Assembly (NCBI GenBank): GCA_963813235.1
Contig: CAWEYF010000012.1
Coordinates: forward strand, 4,170-68,169
Direction: 5' to 3'
DNA from: Candidatus Aminicenantes bacterium
GTDB taxonomy: Bacteria; Acidobacteriota; Aminicenantia; Aminicenantales; Saccharicenantaceae
Length of the DNA: 64,000 nt
Both the position numbers and the translations under genes were made by a program. The notes beneath the pieces are model-generated. The model saw only the letters and a program-made list of their open reading frames with translations, had not been told where the DNA came from and made no database searches. Numbering within the stretch: the first letter of the stretch is position 1; each line of letters opens with the position of its first letter. Shown one piece after another: positions 28,011 to 36,351 of this stretch.

Positions 28011-29258
28011 ATGGCATACAGCGACAAGGTCCGCGGCATCTACGAAGCCCAGCTCCAGGGCATCCGGGACGCGGGCATCTTCAAGCAGGAAAGGTACATC
28101 CACTCGCCGCAGGCGGCCGACATCGAGGTGGAGTTCCCCTCCGGCGCGGCCTTGAAGAAGGTCATCAACATGTGCGCGAACAACTACCTCGGCCTCTCGA
28201 GCCATCCGGACGTCGTCCGGGCGGCCCATGAGGGGCTCGACGCGCGCGGCTACGGCATGTCTTCGGTCCGTTTCATCTGCGGCACCCAGGACATCCACCG
28301 CGAGCTCGAGCGCCGGGTGACGGAGTTCCTGGGGACAGAGGACACCCTCCTCTTCCCCTCGTGCATGGACGCCAACGCCGGTGTCTTCGAGGCCATCCTG
28401 ACCAAGGACGACGTCATGATCTCGGACCGGCTTGTCCACGCCTCGCTCGTCGACGGCATCCGCCTCTGCTCCGCCATGCACGACACCTACAAGCATTCGG
28501 ATATGGCCCACCTCGAGAGCAAGCTTCTGCTCTACGCCGACAAGCGGCTCAAGGTCGTCATCACCGACGGCGTCTTCTCGATGGACGGCGACGCGGCGAA
28601 GCTCGACGCAATGGTCGCCCTCTGCGATAAGCACGACGCCATGCTCCTCGTCGACGAATCCCACGCTTCGGGCTTCATCGGGAAGACCGGCCGCGGGACG
28701 CACGAGCGGTGCGGCGTCATGGGCAGGATCGACGTCATCACGACGACGTTCGGCAAGGCCCTCGGCGGGGCGTCCGGCGGCTGCGTCTCCGGCCGCCGCG
28801 AGCTCGTCGAGATGTGCCGCCAGAAGGCCCGGCCGTATCTTTTCTCGAACACCATCGCCCCGGTCGTCGTGGCCGGCGTCCTCAAGGTCATGGAGATCCT
28901 GTCCGGGAGCACGGAGAGACGCGACAAGCTCGAGGCGAACTCCGCCTACTGGCGGAAGGGCCTGGCCGAGGCCGGCTTCGTCCTCAGGGAAGGCGACACG
29001 CCCATCGTTCCCGTCATGCTGTTCAACGCCAAGCTCGCCCAGGACTTTTCCAAGGCCCTCTACGATGAAGGGGTTTACGCCATGGGCTTCTTCTTCCCGG
29101 TCGTCCCCCAGGGCCAGGCCCGCATCCGGACCCAGCTCTCGGCCGGCCACGAGACGCACCACCTCGACAAGGCCCTCGACGCGTTCGTCAAGGTCGGGAG
29201 GAAGTACGACATCCTGGGCAAGAGCAAGCAGGAGATCATCGAGAAATACGGGATGTAG
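28011..29258 (+). CDS. Glycine C-acetyltransferase-type alpha-oxoamine synthase (Kbl-like), intact
   Basis: 415-aa ORF. Motifs: [61 protein letters not shown]. It is paralogous to 24301-25502 and has an extra C-terminal tail (KYDILGKSKQEIIEKYGM). Confidence 0.85.
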   Translation: MAYSDKVRGIYEAQLQGIRDAGIFKQERYIHSPQAADIEVEFPSGAALKKVINMCANNYLGLSSHPDVVRAAHEGLDARGYGMSSVRFICGTQDIHRELERRVTEFLGTEDTLLFPSCMDANAGVFEAILTKDDVMISDRLVHASLVDGIRLCSAMHDTYKHSDMAHLESKLLLYADKRLKVVITDGVFSMDGDAAKLDAMVALCDKHDAMLLVDESHASGFIGKTGRGTHERCGVMGRIDVITTTFGKALGGASGGCVSGRRELVEMCRQKARPYLFSNTIAPVVVAGVLKVMEILSGSTERRDKLEANSAYWRKGLAEAGFVLREGDTPIVPVMLFNAKLAQDFSKALYDEGVYAMGFFFPVVPQGQARIRTQLSAGHETHHLDKALDAFVKVGRKYDILGKSKQEIIEKYGM

Positions 29259-29291
29259 GCGCCGAGCTCCCCGAGCCCTTCGAGGCGATCC

Positions 29292-30524
29292 CTAGAAGTT
29301 GTACTGGATCCCGATGACGGCGCCGGCCTGGGAGAGGCCGAGCTTATTCGACAGGTCGGCAATCTCGGGGCTGACGTAAGCCATCTTGAGGTCCAGGATG
29401 AACGAGATCTTAGTTGACAGCGCGTACTCGAACCCGGCCCGGACTCCCGCCAGGATGCTCGAGGCCGTCTTATCCGCAAAGGTGACCTCGCGGATGCTGG
29501 CGTCGGCCTCGGTGTAGGGAGAGCGGTCCTCGATGTCGATCACGTCGAGGAACCTGGACTTCCCGAAAACATAGCCGAGCTCCGGGCCCGCCAGGACCGT
29601 CAAGGCCCCGTTCGTGAAGACGCGGACGAGCCCGAACGCCGATACGGCGGTGAAGTAGCTGCGGAACGAGTCCGTTTGGGTGAGGGTCCGAGCGCCATCG
29701 GTCACGACCGGATTGGGGACCGTGAACACGTAGGTCCCGTCGCTCTTGAAGTTCCAGTACTCGAGGTCGAGCCCCAGCTTGATGTTCATGTCCTGGAGAT
29801 GCACATATTTTCCGAAGGTCAATACGGCCGGGGTGTTCAACTTCGGCTTAAGGGTCGATTCCGCCGTCCCTTCCTCCTGAGTCCCGTTGACGACGAAGGT
29901 TTGGGTGAAGACGGATCCGGAGCTCAGGAACGTCCCGACCCCTCCGCCGAGGAGGACGAAGAACCCTTTATCGGCTCCGCCGCCGGGCGGGACCGGCGCG
30001 GGGATCGCTGCGGGCTGAGCGCGGGGCGCGGCGACGGACGCGGGCGGGGCTTCCGTGGGCTTCCGCGGCGCGGCCTTCGCCGGGGCGATCGGCGCCCTTT
30101 CATCGTCCCTCAGGGCGCTCGTCCCTTCCTTCCAAAAGGTGACCTTCAGTCCGTCGGCCGCCCTGTCGATCCGGTACATGACGCCCGGGCCGTCGAGGTC
30201 GAAGACGATGCGGGCGACGTCGGCCTTGAACCGGCCCGTTCTGACCCGGAGAACACCTCCCGCGGCGACCTCGATCTGGGGGGAAGCCGAGATCGCATCG
30301 ACGGGGGACACGTCGATGACGAGCCGTTCGGGCTCCTTGAGCGTAAAGGCCTCGTTCCCGAATTCGCCGCGGATGCGTAGGGTGACCGCGACGGCTGGCC
30401 CTTCCTTCGTGAACGAGATCGATTCCAGGTCGGCCGCCTGGAGCGCGGAAGGCCGAAGGCCGGGGGCGGCCCAGAGCACGAATCCCGCCATGAGGGAAAC
30501 CGCGAGAAGCCTTTTTCGTGTCAT
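29292..30524 (-). CDS. Outer-membrane protein: AMIN domain + Pro/Ala linker + C-terminal beta-barrel
   Basis: Signal peptide, then an AMIN-like segment (ISFTKEGPAVAVTLRIRG...PERLVIDVSPV...RVRTGRF...VARIVFDL). This is followed by a PAPAKAAPRKPTEAPPASVAAP linker and alternating beta-strand sequence ending in GIQYNF (terminal Phe). Confidence 0.65.
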   Translation of the reverse strand: MTRKRLLAVSLMAGFVLWAAPGLRPSALQAADLESISFTKEGPAVAVTLRIRGEFGNEAFTLKEPERLVIDVSPVDAISASPQIEVAAGGVLRVRTGRFKADVARIVFDLDGPGVMYRIDRAADGLKVTFWKEGTSALRDDERAPIAPAKAAPRKPTEAPPASVAAPRAQPAAIPAPVPPGGGADKGFFVLLGGGVGTFLSSGSVFTQTFVVNGTQEEGTAESTLKPKLNTPAVLTFGKYVHLQDMNIKLGLDLEYWNFKSDGTYVFTVPNPVVTDGARTLTQTDSFRSYFTAVSAFGLVRVFTNGALTVLAGPELGYVFGKSRFLDVIDIEDRSPYTEADASIREVTFADKTASSILAGVRAGFEYALSTKISFILDLKMAYVSPEIADLSNKLGLSQAGAVIGIQYNF

Positions 30525-30588
30525 GTCTTCCTCCTTGCCGGGCCGCCGGCTGAAAAAAGTATATGCGAGCGGCGGCCCGAACGCAACC

Positions 30589-32531
30589 TCAATCGAGCCG
30601 GAAGCCGATGTACGCCCCGAAACCGGGGGCCCCGTAGCCGTAGACCATCTCGTAGCGCCGGTCGAGGACGTTATCGATCCTGAGGAAGAGCTCGATGCCG
30701 CGGCCGGTGGTCCACGAGATCGTGGCGTCGAGGAGCGTATACGCGGGAAGCGAGACCGGCACCGACGGCCAGCTCGTGAAATCCGTGTCGGTGCGGCGGC
30801 CGACGATGTTCAGGCGGAGGCCCAGATCGAGCGCCTTCGCGAGCTTGACGTCGAGTCCGGCGGACAGCTTGTCTTTGGGGCGGCGGGGGAGGTCGAGGCC
30901 GGTGTCCAGATCCTTTGACGACATGCGAGTGTATGCGGCACGGCAGGCGAACCCGTCGAAGGGCAGGACCCCGGCGGTGAGCTCGAGTCCCTCCGTCCGG
31001 GCCCGGCCGACGTTGACGTAACCGCGGGCCGTTTCGAAGGTGATGAGGTTCCGGAAACGGTTCCGGAACCATGTCGCGCCGAGCCGCAGGCGGCCCCCGG
31101 CGAGGTCCTGCTCGACGCCGGCGTCGCAACCCGCGCTCTCCTCGGGCTCAAGGGCTTTGTTCCCGATCGGCCCCCAAGCGGTCGGCGGGGCGTAGAGCTG
31201 GTATAAAGACGGGGCCTTGAAGCCCGTCCCGAACGTGGCCTTCAGTTTCGTCCCCGTCCTCCCGATGACCCAGGCCGGGGCCAGCCTGTACGTGACGGCC
31301 GTCCCGGAAAGGCTATGGGCGTCGATCCGAATCCCGGCCGTCGCGAAGAACTGTCCCGCCAAGCCTCAGCTGGTCCTGGAGATAGAGCCCGAGAACGGAA
31401 GCCGATGCCCGCGGGAACGCGCTCACGTAGGGCCCGTAAAGGCTTACCGAAGTGTATTCGGAGCTCCCGTGTTCGCCCTCGTATTCGGCGCCGAAGGTCA
31501 CCGTATGGGAAGGCCGCAGGAAAAGGTTGTTCTGCCAATCCAGCTTGACGAGCCCGCTCCGGAACCGGCCCTTCTCCGAATCGAAAGGATGGGTCCCGTC
31601 GGCGGGATTGTCGTTGCGCCTGTCCGACCCGATGACCGCCGCGCCGAGGCGGGATTCCCACCGGCTGCCCAGAAAGAGCCCGCGGACGCCGGCCCTGGCG
31701 AACGACGAAGAGTACCGCTGAACGTTATTGGGATCGTCCCCGATAGGCCCCGCCGAAATTATCGATCTCCGAACGCGCCCGGACGGACCTGAACGAGAGG
31801 TCGAGGTCCAGGCCCCGTCCGAGCTTGATGCCGGCCCGGCCGGTCAGCGAGAGGTTCCGGTATCCGTCCCTTTCGCCGTTCCCGGGGAGGGACGCGTCGG
31901 CGGCCGAGATCCCCGCCGTCCGGAGGGCGGAGATTCCGAGAGAGTAGGCCATCCGTCCCGTAGAGCCGGAAATTCCCAGCCGTCCTTCCCCCGTCGCCAG
32001 CGCGCCGCCCGTTCCGTAGAGGGCGAGCTTCGGCCGGCCCGATCCCGTGACGGTGATGATGTTGATGATGCCGCCCATGGCGTCCGAGCCGTAAAGCGTG
32101 CTCTGGGGCCCGCGCAGGACCTCGATGCGCTCGACCTGGTCGAGTGAGACGTGGGCCAGGTCCGCCGAGCGGGAGGGGTTCATCGGGTCGTTGAGCTCGA
32201 CGCCGTCGAAGAGGACGAGGGTGTGCTCCGAATTGGCCCCCCGGAGCATGACCGCGGCCGCGGAGCCGGGCCCACCGCTCCGGACAATGGACGCCCCCGG
32301 GACGTCCTCGAGGACCTCGAGGACGGTCGATTTCTTCGAGCGGGCGAGGTCCTCCCGGGTGATGACGGTCAGAGAGCTGGCGACCTCCTTGCTCGGGGTC
32401 TCGACCCGCGTCGCCGTGATGACGAGGTCATGACGGAGGTCCGGCGGAGGGACCTTGTCTTTTGTCCCGTATCCGGGCGCCATGAAGGCCAATGATGCCG
32501 TTGCGAGGATGCCGAGGGCCGTGTTCAACAT
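30589..32531 (-). pseudogene. TonB-dependent receptor (BtuB-like), frame interrupted twice
   Basis: Plug domain: LVITATRVETP...VLEDVPG...MLRGANSEHTLVLFDGVELND...IEVLRGPQSTLYGSDAMGGIINIIT. C-terminal barrel ending in YIGFRLD. The middle section is readable in a third frame. Frame switches are near 31742 (TATCGGGGAC) and 31368. Confidence 0.8.
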
Positions 32532-32584
32532 CAGGACTCCTTATCGCGAGGCCCCCGCGTGAGACCGGGCTCTTCGCCCGGGAA

Positions 32585-32800
32585 CAAAAAAAAACGAGCC
32601 GGTCTTCCTCCCGAAGACAGGCCTTCGAAGGGCCTGATAAAGGTCTCCTGACTTCCGGATCTCCCTCATCCCGGGCCTTCCGGGCCGGCCCGCCGGCCCG
32701 TGGCGTCGTCCGGGAATCGTCCCCGGTCACAGTAGCGGGGGCTGTGTCCGCGTCCCACGGACTTCCCTTACTTCAGACCCTCGAACGGTCGATCAAAGAA
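32585..32800 (-). promoter_or_regulatory. Cobalamin (B12) riboswitch with terminator-like expression platform
   Basis: The minus strand reads GGGTCTGAAGTAAGGGAAGTCCGTGGGA...CAGCCCCCGCTACTGTGACCGGGGACGA...GCCACGGGCC...GGAAGGCCCGG...GAAGTCAGGAGACCT (B12-box-like, complement of 32641-32653). It is followed by the hairpin GTCTTCgggagGAAGAC and a U9 run (complement of 32586-32594). It lies directly upstream of the TonB receptor RBS (AAGGAG). Confidence 0.75.
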
Positions 32801-32832
32801 CGAACGGCCCCCCGCGAAGGGGCTTCCGATAT

Positions 32833-32862
32833 TATATAGAACATCGCGCCCGGGCTTGTCAA
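32833..32862 (-). promoter_or_regulatory. Sigma70 promoter for the riboswitch/TonB receptor transcript
   Basis: Minus strand: TTGACA (complement of 32857-32862), 18-nt spacer, TATATA (complement of 32833-32838). Confidence 0.5.
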
Positions 32863-33288
32863 ACGACGGAACGGGCGGGGGAATCTGCAGAAATCGGGCT
32901 GCCCCGTCCCTTATCAGGACGGGGCAACCCTTGGAAGGGATTTAAAAGAGGGGAAGGAGTTGTTGATTCACATCGGATAATACGACGGCGGGCGCCGAAG
33001 AGTTGCGTCGCGGCGTGCCGGGAAATACTTCTTATCGGGGGAAGGCGAGAATGCGAAGGGCCGATTTTTCAGGCCTTCTGATGTCAATAACTATTATACC
33101 ATGGATCCGGGAAAACAAGCAATATTTTTTTGCTTTTTTTCGGAAGATCGCTCTTGTTGGGGGGAAGCGGCATTTTAAAGAGATGAAATCGGCCTCGGGC
33201 AACGCTCCGGGGGCGGGAACGAAGCGGAAAGGTCCGGGATTTTGTGGTTTCGGCGGGAAAATTGTATATTGACCCCCTGGAGATGGAC

Positions 33289-34704
33289 ATGAACAAGGAA
33301 GAATTCCTCAAAAACGGGCACGAATTCGTGGAATGGGTGGCGGAATACATGGAAAACACCGAAAAATACCCCGTCAACCCCCAGATCAGGCCAGGAGAGA
33401 TCATGGGAAAGCTCCCCTCCGCACCTCCGGAAACGGGGGAATCCATGGAAGTGATCTTCAAGGATTTCCAGGACATCGTCATGCCCGGCATCACGCACTG
33501 GCAACACCCGGGCTGGTTCGCCTATTTTCCCGCCAATAACAGCCCGGCCTCGGTCCTGGCCGAATTGCTCACGGCCGGGCTCGGGGCCCAGTGCATGATC
33601 TGGAACACCTCCCCGGCCGCCGCCGAACTCGAGGAGGTCGTCCTCGGCTGGCTCCGGGGGATGCTCGGCCTGCCGGAAAGCTGGTCCGGGGTCATCCAGG
33701 ACACGGCCTCCACCTCGACCCTGGCCGCCCTCCTGACAGCCCGGGAGAAGGCCACCGGATACGAAAGCAACGCGAAGGGCCTGAAGAGGACCCTCACGGT
33801 CTATGTCTCGACCGAGACCCATTCGAGCGCCGAGAAGGGGGTCAAGATCGCCGGCTATGGCCGGGAGAACCTTCGCATCGTTTCCGTCGACGCGGACTTC
33901 GCCATGGACCCGGCGGCCCTGGAACGGGCCGTCGCCGCCGACGCCAAGGCCGGCCGCGTCCCGGCTTGCGTCGTGGCGACGGTGGGGACGACGTCATCGG
34001 GCGCCGTGGACCCGCTCGGCGCCATCGGCCGGATCGCCCGCGACCACGGGATGTGGTTCCACGTCGACGCCGCTTACGCCGGGACCGCGGCTCTGCTCCC
34101 CGAGAAACGTCATGTCCTCGACGGGGTCGAGCTTGCGGACTCCTTCGTCTTCAACCCCCATAAGTGGATGCTGACCAATTTCGACTGCTCGGCCTATTTC
34201 GTCCGGGACGCCGGCGCCCTCGTCCGGACGTTCGAGATCCACCCGGAGTACCTGAAGACGGGCGTGGACGCACGGGTGAACAACTACCGCGACTGGGGGA
34301 TCCCGCTCGGCCGCCGGTTCCGGGCCCTGAAGCTGTGGTTCGTCCTCCGGTCCTACGGGGTCGAAGGCATCCGGGCCATGGTCCGGGAGCACCTCCGTCT
34401 GGCCGGCATGTTCAAAGGCTGGGTCGAAGGCCATCCCCGGTTCGAGCTTCTGGCGCCCGTTCACTTCGGCCTCGTCTGCTTCCGCTTCAACGACGGCCGC
34501 CCGGAAGCCGGACTCGAGGCCCTGAACCGGCGCATCCTCGAGCGGATCAACGCCTCCGGACGGGTCTTCCTGACACACACGACGCTTCGGGGCAAGTATA
34601 CGATCCGGCTGGTCGTGGGCCAGCGGACGACCGCCGAGCGGCACGTGCGCGAAGCCTGGGACATAATCCGCTCCTCGGCCGAGGCCCTGTCCGCAGGCGC
34701 GTAG
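33289..34704 (+). CDS. Pyridoxal-dependent aromatic-L-amino-acid decarboxylase (group II)
   Basis: Motifs: THWQHPGWFAYFP, SSGAVDP, HVDAAYAG, NPHKWMLTNFDCSAYFVRD. GGAG lies 6 nt before the ATG at 33289. The upstream in-frame ATGs at 33244 and 33283 are less likely starts. Confidence 0.85.
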   Translation: MNKEEFLKNGHEFVEWVAEYMENTEKYPVNPQIRPGEIMGKLPSAPPETGESMEVIFKDFQDIVMPGITHWQHPGWFAYFPANNSPASVLAELLTAGLGAQCMIWNTSPAAAELEEVVLGWLRGMLGLPESWSGVIQDTASTSTLAALLTAREKATGYESNAKGLKRTLTVYVSTETHSSAEKGVKIAGYGRENLRIVSVDADFAMDPAALERAVAADAKAGRVPACVVATVGTTSSGAVDPLGAIGRIARDHGMWFHVDAAYAGTAALLPEKRHVLDGVELADSFVFNPHKWMLTNFDCSAYFVRDAGALVRTFEIHPEYLKTGVDARVNNYRDWGIPLGRRFRALKLWFVLRSYGVEGIRAMVREHLRLAGMFKGWVEGHPRFELLAPVHFGLVCFRFNDGRPEAGLEALNRRILERINASGRVFLTHTTLRGKYTIRLVVGQRTTAERHVREAWDIIRSSAEALSAGA

Positions 34705-34731
34705 GCATCATCCGGGCCCTCAGCCCGAATG

Positions 34732-34877
34732 GGATCGTCTTCGAAGGACTCTGCGTGCGGCGATAAGGGCCGCCCCCTTCCCCCCGACCCCCTGGAACCA
34801 GTCCCAGCGGTTCCCCCCGCCGGGAACGGCGGGTCCCCCCTCCGCTACGGGGGGCTTCAGGGCGGCCCTCATCGCCG
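34732..34877 (+). repeat. Structured dispersed repeat, copy B
   Basis: Same layout as 11435-11580. CGGCGATAAGGGCCGCCC (34758-34775) pairs with GGGCGGCCCTCATCGCCG (34860-34877). The inner hairpin is CCGCCGggaaCGGCGG. Base-pair swaps relative to copy A preserve the pairing. Confidence 0.7.
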
Positions 34878-35249
34878 TGTCTCCGGAACGCCTTTCCGTC
34901 CTCCGTGCAGCGATCCCATCTTGTCCCTGGCACTGAGCAAGAATCCGTGGGCTAGAGGCACGGGCGGGACGGACCGAGCGGGCGTGGAGGGTTTAGCCCG
35001 CACGAAGCCGATTTCGAGGAAATTCGGACTCGTATGTCTGAGCGTACGGTGTTCTTGAGCTAACGCCACCCAGGGCGTGACCATGAGGTCGTAGCCAAGA
35101 GCAAGTTCGCGATTACGAGACCGCCGATGAAATTGGTGAGGGCGCGGCGTTAAAAACCCGACCGGGAGCGAGGCCGTTCTATCCGGGCCTTTTAGCCAGC
35201 CCACGCACGGCAAGTCTGAAAAGGCCCTCGAGTCCTTCGAAGGCGATCC
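34732..35249. mobile_element. MITE-like 518-bp segment bounded by 20-bp terminal inverted repeats
   Basis: The left end GGATCGTCTTCGAAGGACTC (34732-34751) matches the reverse complement of the right end GAGTCCTTCGAAGGCGATCC (35230-35249) at 19 of 20 positions. There is no transposase ORF inside and no clear target-site duplication. Confidence 0.45.
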
Positions 35250-35310
35250 TTATGCTGATACGCCAAGGACTTTTATGAAATCATGACCATGGCGTTCAAG
35301 CTCAACTGGA

Positions 35311-35928
35311 TCACCGGGCCTTGTAGATCCCGGAGGGCTTAGCGCCGAGGAAGACGGACCTGTAAAGCCAAGCGTCCGCCGGGCTGAGCTCGCGGACCAT
35401 CCGGGGCGTGATCATCCGGAAGTGACGGGCGGCATTGAGGGCGTCGCCGATGTAGCCGATGTCCTCCTCCGTCGTGACCCAGTCACGGCGGTCGAACCGG
35501 GCGAGGCTGAAGGGAGAGGAATAGGATCGGAGAGATTTCCGGCGCTTGGTGTTGAAGCAGACGTCGAAGTAGGACATCGCAAGTTCCCGGACCGTCCGGT
35601 AGACGGGCTCGCGGTACCGGAGGACGGCGAAGTTGGACTTGGCCACCGCTCCCCAATGCCCCCGCCTCTTGAAAACGGCGATGACGTGGTCATCGTCGTT
35701 GGCGCCGACGAGGTCCACGATGAGCGGCCGATGTCCCAAAGCGCGCAGGGCCGCCGCGGCGAATAGGGCGCCCTCGAAGCAGTTGGCGGCCCCCTCCCGT
35801 GCCGTCCAGAGGGGAGAACGCGTCCCCGGGCGGTCGTCGTAATCGAGCCGGTCGAGGAACCTCTGGACGCGAAACGGGGAGTCGAGTCCCCGGAAGAGGG
35901 TCCGCGGAGCGTCCCGAATATATTTCAT
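35311..35928 (-). CDS. Transglutaminase-like (Cys-His fold) hypothetical protein
   Basis: 205-aa ORF. GAANCFEGALFAAAALRALGHRP...DDDHVIAV...HWGAVAKS fits a transglutaminase-like Cys/His arrangement. This is a family-level guess. Confidence 0.55.
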   Translation of the reverse strand: MKYIRDAPRTLFRGLDSPFRVQRFLDRLDYDDRPGTRSPLWTAREGAANCFEGALFAAAALRALGHRPLIVDLVGANDDDHVIAVFKRRGHWGAVAKSNFAVLRYREPVYRTVRELAMSYFDVCFNTKRRKSLRSYSSPFSLARFDRRDWVTTEEDIGYIGDALNAARHFRMITPRMVRELSPADAWLYRSVFLGAKPSGIYKAR

Positions 35929-35937
35929 CGCCCTTTC

Positions 35938-36351
35938 CTAATCCGGCTTAATGTCGAGTATCGGCGTGCCTTCGACCATATCCAGGCCCGCGACCTTCAG
36001 GACGTTCCCCTCCCGAGCCACGAGCCTGACCACGGTCATGCCGATGGGGTTGGGCCGGTGAGGGGAGCGGGAAGCGAAGACTCCTCTGGGCTCGGTCTCG
36101 CCCGGCGGCGTCACCTTGAGGTGGGAAAACCCCGCCTTATGGAAGGCGAACAGGACGATCAGGGGCGCGCCGGGTTTGAGGCCGTCCAGGCCTTCCGCGT
36201 GCTCCGGGAAGATCTCGAGCTCACCGGCGACGGCGTCGAAAGCGCCCTTCCGGCAGTTCCATTCCCGCGGGATGTCCGTGGGCTCCGCGAATGGGGAATG
36301 GACGACGCCGATCGGCCGAAGCTCGTATGTCACCCGCCCGTCATCGGACAT
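35938..36351 (-). CDS. trmO: tRNA (t6A37) methyltransferase TrmO/TsaA family
   Basis: YELRPIGVVHSPF...FPEHAEGLDGL...VFASRSPHRPNPIGMTVVRL...LDMVEGTPILDIKP are YaeB/TsaA-type motifs. Confidence 0.8.
   Translation of the reverse strand: MSDDGRVTYELRPIGVVHSPFAEPTDIPREWNCRKGAFDAVAGELEIFPEHAEGLDGLKPGAPLIVLFAFHKAGFSHLKVTPPGETEPRGVFASRSPHRPNPIGMTVVRLVAREGNVLKVAGLDMVEGTPILDIKPD

Noticed and set aside
33003-33272. An 89-aa ORF in the AT-rich spacer upstream of the decarboxylase, and an AAGCAAtatttttTTGCTT+T-run hairpin at about 33116-33145.
   Set aside because: The ORF has no RBS and an implausible composition. The hairpin is weak (6 A/T-rich pairs) with no upstream gene on either strand to terminate. 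It was left unannotated.
34890-35310. Possible tmRNA, RNase P RNA or SRP RNA, or a degraded AbrB/VapB-type antitoxin remnant (MSERTVFLS* followed out of frame by NATQGVTMRS...), inside the TIR-bounded segment.
   Set aside because: There is no tRNA-like 3' end, no GAGGAAAGUCC/ACAGAA blocks and no GGAA-tetraloop SRP helix. The antitoxin resemblance needs several frame changes, rests on fewer than 20 residues, and has no PIN/toxin partner downstream.
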